In this document: in pieces, positions 8,416 through 17,413 of the stretch | Numbering within the stretch: the first letter of the stretch is position 1 | How the letters are laid out: every line of letters starts with the position of its first letter | DNA from: an uncultured Thiotrichaceae bacterium | GTDB taxonomy: Bacteria; Pseudomonadota; Gammaproteobacteria; SZUA-229 | Reading direction: 5' to 3' | Length of the DNA: 64,000 nucleotides | Assembly: GCA_964651445.1 (NCBI GenBank) | Contig: CAZYYW010000002.1 | Location: 66 to 64,065, forward strand | Notes under the pieces: model-generated | Databases searched by the model: none | Told to the model about the DNA's origin: nothing | Seen by the model: only the letters and a program-made list of their open reading frames with translations | Program-made: the position numbers and the translations under genes

Positions 8416-9279
8416 ATGAAAAATCAGTCAGTCACCTTGCAAGAATGTAGTGTAGGTTTAGGTCTGCGTTCGGCGCACATCAAACAGATTATCCAGCAGC
8501 AACCCGACGTGTCATGGTTTGAAGTGCTATTGGATAATCATACTGCGCAAGGCGGTCTGATACCCCAACAATTGGCGGCAGTGCGAGAGTACTACCCATT
8601 AAGCTTTCATTGTGTTGACATGTCCCTTGCTGGCGTTGACGCGCTGGATAGAAATTATCTTTCTACAGTCAAACGTATGATTGTGGAATATGATCCGGTA
8701 TTGATTTCAGATCACCTGTGTTTTACACAACACGGTGAGCATCATTTTAATGATTTGCTACCTTTTCCTTATACTGAGGAATCTTTGCATCATGTCTGTC
8801 GTCGTATTGATGAAGTGCAAGATTTTTTAGGCAGAAAAATGCTAATTGAAAATGTATCAATGTATTTGCAATTCAAAAACTCTGTTTTGACTGAGGCAGA
8901 ATTTCTGTCTGAACTTGTCAGTCGCACCGGCTGTGGCATATTGCTGGATATTAATAATGCTTATGTGAATGAGTTTAATCACGGTTACGCTGCCAAAGAT
9001 TTTATCGATGCACTGCCTTTAGCATCGGTTGGTGAAGTTCATCTGGCCGGTTTTGAGGATAAAAAAGACTATCTTATCGATGCGCACAATAATAGTGTGA
9101 GCGAACCCGTGTGGGATTTATTTAAATATTATATACAGCAAGGCCACTGTGCTCCGACATTAATTGAATGGGACAACGATATTCCAAGCTTCGATGTTTT
9201 ACTTGGCGAAAGACAATCAGCAAAAAATATTATTGCTGAAAACCTAGAAGGTTTATCAACAGTCGCATCATGTCTCTGA
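8416..9279 (+). CDS. bufB: DUF692 / MNIO-family (MbnB-like) multinuclear non-heme iron oxidative enzyme
   Basis: 287 aa. GLGLRSAHI...WFEVL, ISDHLCF, LIENVS, LLDINNAYVN, EVHLAG and TLIEWD are the TIM-barrel DUF692 signature blocks. Confidence 0.85.
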   Translation: MKNQSVTLQECSVGLGLRSAHIKQIIQQQPDVSWFEVLLDNHTAQGGLIPQQLAAVREYYPLSFHCVDMSLAGVDALDRNYLSTVKRMIVEYDPVLISDHLCFTQHGEHHFNDLLPFPYTEESLHHVCRRIDEVQDFLGRKMLIENVSMYLQFKNSVLTEAEFLSELVSRTGCGILLDINNAYVNEFNHGYAAKDFIDALPLASVGEVHLAGFEDKKDYLIDAHNNSVSEPVWDLFKYYIQQGHCAPTLIEWDNDIPSFDVLLGERQSAKNIIAENLEGLSTVASCL

Positions 9280-10088
9280 CCTTACTGCAACATATCGATG
9301 TGTTTACCTCTGTTTTGGTGAAACCCGCACAGGAGACAGATTGTTTTGTTCAAACAATAGAATTGTCATCAAAAATTTCACCGCAACTTGCCATTAAAAT
9401 ATATCAGAATAATGTGAATGGCTCGAAAATAAATGCGCTAAAAGTTATTTATCCCGCTTGTGAAAAAATACTGGGCAGTGATGCGTTTTGCGCAATTGCC
9501 AAAGCGTACGTTAGTGCTGATGTAAGCGGTTCGTCCGATTTGAATAGATATGGTGCTACCTTTAGTCAGCATTTAAATTCGATTATTGAAACAGGGCGGC
9601 TGCCCGCGGAGTATAGCTACTTACCAGATCTTACCAGCCTGGAATTTTTGGTACATGCCGCCTACTACGCAGAAGATGACGCGGTATTTGACTTTAATTT
9701 ATTTGCAGACCGTATGAAAAGCCAAAAGCCATTGTATTTTCAACTCAGTAAATCCTTAGCACTGTTTTGTTTTAAATTTCCGATTCATCAAATATGGTTG
9801 CGTAACAATAATGAGTCATCGTCTGAATCAAAAAATATTCAGGCCGGTATTCATGACAGTATTCAGGCGCTAACAGAGTCGCAATACTTACTGGTGTACC
9901 GTGAAAAAAACACGCCAGTGGTTATTCAGGTTAGCCAGTGTGTATATCAATTACTCCATAATTTTATTGGTCAGCAATCATTGCAAAAGACCATCGAGTC
10001 TTGCCAGTTAAATGTAAACGAGCAGTGTAATGTGGATGAATTACTACCCGGATTAATTGCTAACGGCTGGATTACCGGTGTCCTGTAA
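9270..10088 (+). CDS. bufC: DUF2063-family partner protein (BufC/MbnC-like)
   Basis: 272 aa. Its start overlaps the bufB stop by 10 nt. The YQNNV motif near the N-terminus and its position immediately after DUF692 are typical. Confidence 0.7.
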   Translation: MSLTLLQHIDVFTSVLVKPAQETDCFVQTIELSSKISPQLAIKIYQNNVNGSKINALKVIYPACEKILGSDAFCAIAKAYVSADVSGSSDLNRYGATFSQHLNSIIETGRLPAEYSYLPDLTSLEFLVHAAYYAEDDAVFDFNLFADRMKSQKPLYFQLSKSLALFCFKFPIHQIWLRNNNESSSESKNIQAGIHDSIQALTESQYLLVYREKNTPVVIQVSQCVYQLLHNFIGQQSLQKTIESCQLNVNEQCNVDELLPGLIANGWITGVL

Positions 10089-10089
10089 T

Positions 10090-10614
10090 ATGAATGATTC
10101 AGAAGTATTTGATAAGCATGTGCTGCACAAGCTTTTTCGTTATGCCTATTCCCTCTGTGTAAATGAGGATGATGCTTATGATTTGTTGCATTATGCGCTA
10201 GAGAAATATTTACACAATCAGTCTAGCAGTAAGCAAGGTGGTGCAGTAGCGTATGTACGTACAATTATACGTCATCGATTTATTGATGAATATCGAAAGA
10301 AAAAACGCTTTCCTGAAGAAGTTTTTGACGAGGAAAGTGCTGTTGCTATAGACGTGTCCTCGCTCGAAGACATTGTATTGGCGCAAGTTGAACTTGAAGC
10401 AGTGTGGCAAAAAATTGATCCGTTCGAACGAGAAATTTTATATTATTGGACAATAGAGGGAATGACGGCGCAAGAGATTTCGCAGCAGATTGGCGTGCCA
10501 AGAGGCACTGTATTGTCTAGGATTTATCGATTAAGGAAAAAAATACAATTGGCGAACAACGATGTTGTTTCAAAAAACCTGAACGATAATATATCGAGAG
10601 GTAATAAGAAATGA
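10090..10614 (+). CDS. ECF-type RNA polymerase sigma-70 family factor
   Basis: About 174 aa from the ATG at 10090. Region 2 (AYDLLHYALEKYL...IIRHRFIDEYRK) and region 4 HTH (MTAQEISQQIGVPRGTVLSRIYRLRKKI) are present. Confidence 0.8.
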   Translation: MNDSEVFDKHVLHKLFRYAYSLCVNEDDAYDLLHYALEKYLHNQSSSKQGGAVAYVRTIIRHRFIDEYRKKKRFPEEVFDEESAVAIDVSSLEDIVLAQVELEAVWQKIDPFEREILYYWTIEGMTAQEISQQIGVPRGTVLSRIYRLRKKIQLANNDVVSKNLNDNISRGNKK

Positions 10615-11219
10615 GTAAGCCATTGAAGAATTCTGTACGAGAGCATCTCGAATCAAAATCACTCACTGCTATTCAATTACAGAAACTTGAGTCGCTGGTA
10701 GACAATGTTGAGCAGGAAAGCGCACCGCGGAATTTTAAATACGCTTTGCTTGTTTCTACGGTGCTTGCAGTTTTTGTGTTGGCATTGTTCGTTTTACCTC
10801 AAGTCACGGAACAGCCTGATATGCGCGAAAAGATTGCATTGGAGGTGGCGAGTCATCATCTCAAACTAAAACCATTAGAGATTGAAACCAGTAGCATAAA
10901 GAGCATTCGTGATTATTTTACAAGGCTGGACTTCCTGCCGATGAATAGCCAATTGATTAGTGATGCAGGGCTTGAATTAGTAGGAGGGCGTTATTGTTCT
11001 TTGCAGGGTATAACCGCCGCTCAACTGAGAGTGAAAAAACCAGGCTCGGATGTAGTGCAAATGTTGTATCAAGTAGAATATCGAAAAGATGTATTCGATA
11101 AAATGCCGTTAATAGAAGAGGGTGAATTACCGGTCGAAGTTTATGTCAAAGGTATCAAGGTGAAAATCTGGGTAGAAAAAGGATTGTTATTTGTACTTAG
11201 TGATGTGCCGGAAGCCTAA
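10611..11219 (+). CDS. putative anti-sigma factor (single-pass membrane protein)
   Basis: 202 aa with an ATGA overlap to the sigma gene. It has one TM (YALLVSTVLAVFVLALFVLPQV) about 45 aa from the N-terminus and a periplasmic C-domain. No ZAS motif was seen. Confidence 0.5.
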   Translation: MSKPLKNSVREHLESKSLTAIQLQKLESLVDNVEQESAPRNFKYALLVSTVLAVFVLALFVLPQVTEQPDMREKIALEVASHHLKLKPLEIETSSIKSIRDYFTRLDFLPMNSQLISDAGLELVGGRYCSLQGITAAQLRVKKPGSDVVQMLYQVEYRKDVFDKMPLIEEGELPVEVYVKGIKVKIWVEKGLLFVLSDVPEA

Positions 11220-11464
11220 ACACAGGGTGAGCGAGAAAACAAACGAGCCAAGCGCAGCGCACCTGAGTAATCTACCAGCCCTCGATTACGACTCCCGCCA
11301 GTCAACCTCCAGGGTGCCGCCAAGCTGTGCTCAAGCAGCAACACTGTCGGTTTTATCGGCGAATTCCGGGTATAAAACAGGGTAATTCATAAGGAAATAA
11401 GTTATGGTTGGACAAGATTTGTAGAGTACATTAATTTTTAGGCTGAATTTTCTGGGGAAAAAAT

Positions 11465-11956
11465 ATGAAAAGTTTATTTAAGACGTTGCTAATGGCTGTT
11501 TTTTTGGCGACAAGCTTTACCGGTTCGGCAGTATTGGCAGATGACGATGACATGATAAAAGTGGTTTATCATGCAGATTTTTCTGACCCAAGAAGGTTTA
11601 GCGCGATGTTAACCAGTATCAATAATATGATGTTGTATTATCAGAATGAGATGGTGGATTACGATGTGCGCATTGTTTTTGTCGCCCATGGCATCCGCTT
11701 TCTAACGGATGAAAAGCTAAAAAATACACCTTTTGCAGAAGACAAAGAAATGGCAGAGCGGCGTGAAAGCAATACTGGCAGACTTTCGAGCCTGGCTTCT
11801 TTGTATGATGTCAAACTAGAGTTGTGCGATATTACTCGTACAGGTATTAGTCTGGATAAAGCCAAAGTAATGGATGCTGTGGAATTGGTGCCTTCAGGCG
11901 TGGTAAGAATCGCAGAGCTTCAGTCACAAGGTTTTTCGTATATTAAAATTGAGTAA
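11465..11956 (+). CDS. secreted DsrE/DsrF-like (COG1416-type) protein
   Basis: 163 aa with a signal peptide. The pattern IKVVYH...MLTSINNMMLYY...RIVFVAHGIRFL...LELCDITR...VPSGVVRIAELQSQGFSYIK is typical of the DsrE-related family. Confidence 0.5.
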   Translation: MKSLFKTLLMAVFLATSFTGSAVLADDDDMIKVVYHADFSDPRRFSAMLTSINNMMLYYQNEMVDYDVRIVFVAHGIRFLTDEKLKNTPFAEDKEMAERRESNTGRLSSLASLYDVKLELCDITRTGISLDKAKVMDAVELVPSGVVRIAELQSQGFSYIKIE

Positions 11957-11975
11957 TGACGGGGTATTAATAGCT

Positions 11976-12029
11976 TGTAAATAGTTCTGCGTAACTGGCC
12001 GTGGCATGTGTTTCGCAGAACTATTTACA
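11976..12029. terminator. long perfect hairpin (16-bp stem, 22-nt loop) between the convergent dsrE-like gene and fabV; possible bidirectional terminator
   Basis: TGTAAATAGTTCTGCG (11976-11991) pairs with CGCAGAACTATTTACA (12014-12029). No clear T-tract follows. Confidence 0.35.
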
Positions 12030-12061
12030 GCTCAGTGCTATCACTATTTTCAAGATTATTC

Positions 12062-12231
12062 TTTAAGGAGCTTCTGAACAAGTCTGGGTCGAGCAGATTG
12101 CAGATTAGCTTGTTCTGGTTCAAGGCGTGGAACGCGCGTAATAGCTGGCTATTGCGAAGTTTCACAACGCGGAAGCAGGATAAGCTAACCTGCAAGATGC
12201 CGATTCACGACTTATTCAGAGGTTCCTTAAG
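12062..12231 (+). mobile_element. 170-bp MITE-like element, family A, copy 1
   Basis: It is 168/170 identical (hand alignment) to the reverse complement of 24701-24870. The terminal inverted repeats are TTAAGGAGCTTCTGAACAAGTC and TTAAGGAACCTCTGAATAAGTC. The whole element is an imperfect long hairpin, and TTAA occurs at both ends. Confidence 0.8.
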
Positions 12232-13437
12232 GGATACAGGCTCAAAAGTAATGAGCGTGTCCACTTCTGCTTCATAGTCTACGTCATTTAATCCAAAACC
12301 AAACAATCTTAAAAACTCATCTTTATAACCCTGATAATCGGTTATTTCAAAAAGGTTGTCGTTAGTGACCTGCGGCCAAAGTGCTTTGACTTCGTTTTGT
12401 ACATCGTCGCGTAACTCCCAGTCATCCATGCGGATGCGCGCTGTGTCGTCGAGGTCAGCGCCACCTTCTTTGTATAATTGCGTGTGAAACAAGCGGTTTA
12501 TTTGTTCAATGCAACCTTCGTGAACACCCAGTTCTTTCATAACTTTAAAGCCGATGGCGATGTATAAAGGCATCACCGGTATCGCAGCCGACGCTTGTGT
12601 GACTACGCTTTTAAGTACCGCAACATTGGCTGTACCGTTAATGTCAGCCAGTGTAAGGCGCAGATCAGCGGCGGCTCTATCCATATCTTCTTTGGCTTTG
12701 CCTAGTGCACCGTGCCAGTAGATAGGCCAAGTTATATCGGTGCCAATATAGCTATAAGAAACGGTTTTTACACCATCGGCTAAAACGCCGGCTGTCGCCA
12801 GTGCCGTCATCCATAATTGCCAATCTTCGCCGCCCATAACGGTTACGGTATTTCGTATCTCGTCCTCACTGGCAGGTTCTATTTCGGCATCGATAAGAAT
12901 ATCTTTGCTGGTGTCCACCGCGGTGGCTTTATAAGTGTCACCGATAGGTTTTAAAACCGAGCGAATGAGCTCGCCGGTATCCGGTAATTTGCGTACCGGT
13001 GAGGCAAGGGAATAAACCACTAGGTCGATCTGCCCCATGTCTTGTTTAATTATTTCGATGGCCTGCGCACGCATTTCATTGGAGAAGGCGTCGCCATTAA
13101 TACTTTTTGCATACAGACCTTCCGCGTGCGCGGCTTTTTCAAAAGCCCCAGAGTTATACCAGCCAGCAGAACCTGGTTTTTTCTCAGTGGCGGGTTTTTC
13201 AAGAAAAACACCCAAGGTGGCAGCGCCAGAACCAAAAGCCGCCGTTATCCGTGAAGCCAGACCATAGCCAGTGGAAGCGCCAATGACCAGAACATTTTTT
13301 GGGCCATTCGCCACCATGCCATCCGCTTTCACACGTGCAATCTGGTTTTTAACATTGGTCTCGCAGCCAGTAGGGTGTGCCGTGGTGCAAATGAATCCGC
13401 GCGTTCTTGGTTTGATAATCACGTTAGTTGTTCCCAT
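12205..13437 (-). CDS. fabV: trans-2-enoyl-CoA/ACP reductase FabV
   Basis: [21 protein letters not shown]...[16 protein letters not shown] is the FabV signature. The likely ATG is at 13435-13437, since the track ORF is extended. The last 8 codons and the stop lie inside MITE A. Confidence 0.85.
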   Translation of the reverse strand: MGTTNVIIKPRTRGFICTTAHPTGCETNVKNQIARVKADGMVANGPKNVLVIGASTGYGLASRITAAFGSGAATLGVFLEKPATEKKPGSAGWYNSGAFEKAAHAEGLYAKSINGDAFSNEMRAQAIEIIKQDMGQIDLVVYSLASPVRKLPDTGELIRSVLKPIGDTYKATAVDTSKDILIDAEIEPASEDEIRNTVTVMGGEDWQLWMTALATAGVLADGVKTVSYSYIGTDITWPIYWHGALGKAKEDMDRAAADLRLTLADINGTANVAVLKSVVTQASAAIPVMPLYIAIGFKVMKELGVHEGCIEQINRLFHTQLYKEGGADLDDTARIRMDDWELRDDVQNEVKALWPQVTNDNLFEITDYQGYKDEFLRLFGFGLNDVDYEAEVDTLITFEPVSLKEPLNKS

Positions 13438-13650
13438 TTTGATTGATCTAAAAGTAAGTCTGTGAATTCTAACCAAAAAGACGCTTTCAAGTTCAAAAAT
13501 TTCATCACTGCATTGCTTATCGCTGTTTCCCTACTTGCCGATAGCGTATGTTTACTGCGTATGCAGTTGTTACGCGATGAAGAATATTTCTCCTGCGCCG
13601 CAATCGCAGCGCATGTATAATTCCCGCATTAAAACTCACTGGGAAATACA

Positions 13651-14883
13651 ATGCCTCTAATTAAACCCTTCACTGGTCTGCGACCGGTTCCTGAACGTGC
13701 TGAAGAAGTTGTGGCGCCACCTTATGATGTGTTAAATACGGCTGAAGCGCGGTTACGTGCTGCTGATCGTCCGTGGAGTTTTCTGCATATTTCAAAAGCC
13801 GAGATTGATTTGCCTGAAGGTACCGACCCTTATGACCCGACGGTATATGCTAAATCGGCTGAAAATATGCAAAAAATGATGGCAGAAGGCATTTTGATGC
13901 GTGAAGAGAAACCCTGTTATTACGTCTACCGCCTGATTATGGATGGCCATTCGCAGGTGGGTTTGGTCGCTGTTGCTTCTGTTGCTGACTACGATATTAA
14001 TCGTGTGCGCAAACATGAATATACCCGACCGACGAAAGAAGACGACCGTGTTCGCCAGATTGAAGCGTTAAATACGCAGACCGGTCCGGTGCTACTGGCG
14101 TATAAATCGCAGGCGGATATGGACGCTATTTTGCAACAAACCACTCAGCAAACACCGCTGGTTGATGTTACCGCGGATGACGGCGTGCAGCACACATTTT
14201 GGATTATTGATGATGAAACCACCGTAGAGGAAATCAGTGTGGGCTTTGATGCTATGGATGCCATTTATATTGCAGATGGTCACCACCGCTCGGCGTCTGC
14301 GTCAAGAGTGGCTAAAAGCCATGCCATGAATGATGGCAATGGTGATTGCAGCAGTGACTACTTTCTGTCCGTTATATATCCGCATAATCAGATGAATATT
14401 CTGGATTACAACCGTGTGATTTGCGATTTGAATGGCTTAAACAAAGACCAGCTATTGCAGAAAATAAAAAATTCTTTTAGTGTAAGCGAGGTGGCCACCG
14501 CCGTTAAACCGACGCAAGCAACAGAGTTTGGTATGTACCTTGATGGTCAGTGGTATCGTTTGTCCATTAATACTGAACTTGTCCCCAATGACCCTGTGGC
14601 TTCGCTTGACGTGAGTTTATTGGCAGACAATCTGATCGAACCATTGCTGGGTATAGCCGATCAGCGCACCGATACACGGATTGATTTTGTCGGCGGTATT
14701 CGTGGTCTGGCTGAGCTGGAAAAACGTGTCGATAGCGGAGAAATGGCAATTGCCTTCTCGTTTTACCCAACCAGCATGGAAGCATTGATGGCGGTGGCCG
14801 ATGCCAACGAAGTGATGCCACCAAAATCGACCTGGTTTGAACCCAAACTGGCGGATGGCTTGATTTCGCATGTATTGGACTAG
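13651..14883 (+). CDS. DUF1015-family protein
   Basis: 410 aa. MPLIKPFTGLRPVPERAEEVVAPPYDVL...ADGHHR is characteristic of DUF1015. Confidence 0.7.
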   Translation: MPLIKPFTGLRPVPERAEEVVAPPYDVLNTAEARLRAADRPWSFLHISKAEIDLPEGTDPYDPTVYAKSAENMQKMMAEGILMREEKPCYYVYRLIMDGHSQVGLVAVASVADYDINRVRKHEYTRPTKEDDRVRQIEALNTQTGPVLLAYKSQADMDAILQQTTQQTPLVDVTADDGVQHTFWIIDDETTVEEISVGFDAMDAIYIADGHHRSASASRVAKSHAMNDGNGDCSSDYFLSVIYPHNQMNILDYNRVICDLNGLNKDQLLQKIKNSFSVSEVATAVKPTQATEFGMYLDGQWYRLSINTELVPNDPVASLDVSLLADNLIEPLLGIADQRTDTRIDFVGGIRGLAELEKRVDSGEMAIAFSFYPTSMEALMAVADANEVMPPKSTWFEPKLADGLISHVLD

Positions 14884-14925
14884 TAGTCCTGGTTCATTAA
14901 TGCTTGAAGTCGCATGCTGACACGA

Positions 14926-15060
14926 AAGGGAAGTTGACAGTTATTAGTTTGCAGTAGGCAGTTAAAAACAAAACCATCGCCAACATCATATAAGTAGACG
15001 TTATTTTTAGTTGTTATGCTTTAACTGCCGACTGATAACTGCCTACTGCCAACTTCCCTT
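14926..15060. repeat. 135-bp palindromic element: 41-bp imperfect inverted arms built from GGCAGTN heptamers, flanking a spacer of about 52 bp
   Basis: The left arm is AAGGGAAGTTGACAGTTATTAGTTTGCAGTAGGCAGTTAAA. The reverse complement of the right arm is AAGGGAAGTTGGCAGTAGGCAGTTATCAGTCGGCAGTTAAA. Confidence 0.6.
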
Positions 15061-15227
15061 AATGCCGATAAAGAGACCTTTGCACCAATAGCTTACGTTG
15101 ACCCAGCTTAATTTTCACCGGTAAAAAATAGAGAGTAGCGCCTGGTTTTTTTATTGTGTTTTGTATGATATTAATGTATATATTAATTATTAATGTTTAT
15201 ATTTATTTATTGCATGAGGTATGTATT

Positions 15228-15500
15228 ATGAGAAACTCAACCTGGATTCGCCATATGCGCAAAAAACAGGGACTAAAAGGTTTTCAGCTTGCTGAGCGCA
15301 TGCAGGTCAGTGCGGCAAGAATTTCGGTGCTGGAAAAAGATGAAGGTCGCGGGGCTGTTACTTTGAAGATGATGGCTCGGGCAGCAAAAGCGATGGGCTG
15401 TAAGTTCGAATATCGGATAGTACGGCAGAACGACAACGACAATGTTGCTTCGAAAAGCAGTAAGCCGCGCTTTCGAGTGGTGCTTAGTGACAGCGATTAG
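15228..15500 (+). CDS. XRE-family helix-turn-helix transcriptional regulator (orphan)
   Basis: MRNSTWIRHMRKKQGLKGFQLAERMQVSAARISVLEKDEGRGAVTLKMMARAAKAMGCKFEYRIV has an HTH_XRE layout. The track ORF start at 15156 lies in very AT-rich DNA and is probably promoter. Confidence 0.6.
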   Translation: MRNSTWIRHMRKKQGLKGFQLAERMQVSAARISVLEKDEGRGAVTLKMMARAAKAMGCKFEYRIVRQNDNDNVASKSSKPRFRVVLSDSD

Positions 15501-15593
15501 TGAAAAAGGTCGTGCATAAAGAAAGGTATCGGCCTGTTAGTACTCGATAAAGTAGTATAATTAAACCCTTATCTAGTCACGCTAATAATAATC

Positions 15594-17183
15594 TTGAATC
15601 AGCTACTCCAACAACGCCTATCACTGCTGGTTGCTTCCGATATTGAAGCAGCACTGGCAGAGTCCAAAATTGGTCTGGAAAAAGAGAGTCTGCGGGTGTT
15701 GCCAGAAGGCGGTATTGCACAGACATCGCATCCTGTCGCCTGGGGCTCTGCTCTGACGAATCCACAAATAACCACAGATTTTTCAGAAGCCCTAACAGAA
15801 CTGGTAACACCACCCTGTGATTCGGTGACCGAGGTTATTCAGTCATTGGATGATATTCAAAATTTTATTTACCGTAGTTTAGACAATGAAATTTTATGGG
15901 CAACCAGTATGCCCTGTGTGGTTTCCGGTGAAACCAGTATTCCTTTGGCGCATTATGGTTCGTCCAATGCTGCGCAGATGAAAACAGTCTATCGCTGTGG
16001 TTTGGGTTTGCGTTACGGTCGTTCCATGCAGGTGATTGCTGGCGTGCATTTTAACTATTCATTTTCGGATGCCTTTTGGTCGCGTTACCAGCAGTTGCTG
16101 AAAAATAATGAACCGATACAGGATTTTATCTCCGATCAATACATGGCACTGGTGAGAAATTTATTGCGTTATGGCTGGTTGGTGCCGTACTTGTTTGGTG
16201 CGTCGCCAGCCGTTTGTAAATCATTTTTAAACGGCCAGCGCACAATGTTGCAATCATTTAACGACAATACTTATTTCGAACCTTATGCGACATCCTTACG
16301 TCTGGGTGATATTGGTTACCAGAATAATAAAGAAGATTTAGCCGGCATAAAGGCGTGCTACGATTCACTGGACGCCTATGTTGAAAGCATGCAGTGCGCG
16401 ATCAATACACCGTGTACGGCGTACCAAGAAATAGGCGTAAAAGACAATGGCGAGTACCAACAATTAAATGCCAATATCCTGCAAATTGAAAATGAATACT
16501 ACAGTACCGTCAGGCCAAAACAAATTTTGCTGGAGGATGAAAAACCATCAACAGCATTGCGAAAAAGAGGCATCGCTTATATTGAACTGCGCTCACTAGA
16601 TGTTAATGCCTTTGACCCGCATGGTATCAATTCAGAGCAGCTACATTTTCTTGAAGTCTTCATGTTATTTTGTTTGTTGGAACACAGCCCTGCTTTGACC
16701 TCAGCAGAGGTGACGGCCATTGATGAAAATCTACTACTGGTTGCGCATCAAGGCAGAAGCCCCGGCCTTGATTTACAACGCAGCGACCATCAGCAAAAAC
16801 TGGAAAAAATCAGCTTGCAGGACTGGGCCAGTGAGTTATGTAATAAAATGCGCCCCGTTGCCAGTTTGCTCGACCGAGCTAATTACTGTGAAAATTATTT
16901 TTCCAGTGTAAAGTCTCAAATTGCCAGTGTGTTCGACCCGGAGCTGACGCCTTCTGCAAGAATGCTGGCAGAGATGGAAGAAAATGATGAAGGTTTCTTC
17001 CATCATGCACAAAGAATGTCCAAGCATCACTACCAGTATTACCGGACGCATGATTTACCTGAAAAAAAGATTAAATTTTTTGAAGACATGGCGGCTGAAT
17101 CATTGGCTAAACAACAACAAATTGAAGCTGATAGCACTATTAGTTTCGATGAATACTTACAGAATTACTTTAGTGGAGAGTAA
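15594..17183 (+). CDS. gshA: glutamate--cysteine ligase
   Basis: 529 aa and collinear with E. coli-type GshA (GLEKESLRV, HFNYS, YIELRSLD). It has a TTG start, as in E. coli gshA. Confidence 0.9.
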   Translation: MNQLLQQRLSLLVASDIEAALAESKIGLEKESLRVLPEGGIAQTSHPVAWGSALTNPQITTDFSEALTELVTPPCDSVTEVIQSLDDIQNFIYRSLDNEILWATSMPCVVSGETSIPLAHYGSSNAAQMKTVYRCGLGLRYGRSMQVIAGVHFNYSFSDAFWSRYQQLLKNNEPIQDFISDQYMALVRNLLRYGWLVPYLFGASPAVCKSFLNGQRTMLQSFNDNTYFEPYATSLRLGDIGYQNNKEDLAGIKACYDSLDAYVESMQCAINTPCTAYQEIGVKDNGEYQQLNANILQIENEYYSTVRPKQILLEDEKPSTALRKRGIAYIELRSLDVNAFDPHGINSEQLHFLEVFMLFCLLEHSPALTSAEVTAIDENLLLVAHQGRSPGLDLQRSDHQQKLEKISLQDWASELCNKMRPVASLLDRANYCENYFSSVKSQIASVFDPELTPSARMLAEMEENDEGFFHHAQRMSKHHYQYYRTHDLPEKKIKFFEDMAAESLAKQQQIEADSTISFDEYLQNYFSGE

Positions 17184-17185
17184 GC

Positions 17186-17413
17186 ATGCTTAAATTTATT
17201 GATAAGATTCCATTAATACCATTGGTTGTTGTCGCGGTGTTTATGGCGCTGGCACCGTTTGTGCCCGAGCCGCATTTGCAAGAAAAGTTACGCATGTTAA
17301 GCCAAGGTGAATTACGCAAAGCTATCGACATTTTTGATTTGTTGTGGCACAGTTTCCCTATCGTTTTATTAGTGATACGCTTAGCAAGAATGAAAAAACA
17401 CGGCAACTCATGA
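17186..17413 (+). CDS. small membrane protein (75 aa), hypothetical
   Basis: Two hydrophobic segments. It starts 2 nt after the gshA stop, and its stop overlaps the next gene's ATG. Confidence 0.45.
   Translation: MLKFIDKIPLIPLVVVAVFMALAPFVPEPHLQEKLRMLSQGELRKAIDIFDLLWHSFPIVLLVIRLARMKKHGNS

Noticed and set aside
11191-11385. 64-aa ORF in a locally GC-richer stretch after the anti-sigma gene; considered as a decayed DoxX (bufD) gene or an sRNA
   Set aside because: None of the six frames gives a membrane-protein-like or otherwise recognisable sequence. I could find no promoter, terminator or stable hairpin. It remains unexplained, but there is no positive evidence for a feature.
12002-12017. 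Sigma54-like motif TGGCAT-N5-TCGCA with correct GG-N10-GC spacing
   Set aside because: It sits in the loop of the 16-bp perfect hairpin (11976-12029) and points into the MITE and the antisense of fabV. No downstream gene or terminator follows, so it is most likely a chance match.
12008-12277. 89-aa plus-strand ORF
   Set aside because: It is a translation of MITE A copy 1 plus the antisense of the fabV 3' end. There is no independent coding evidence.
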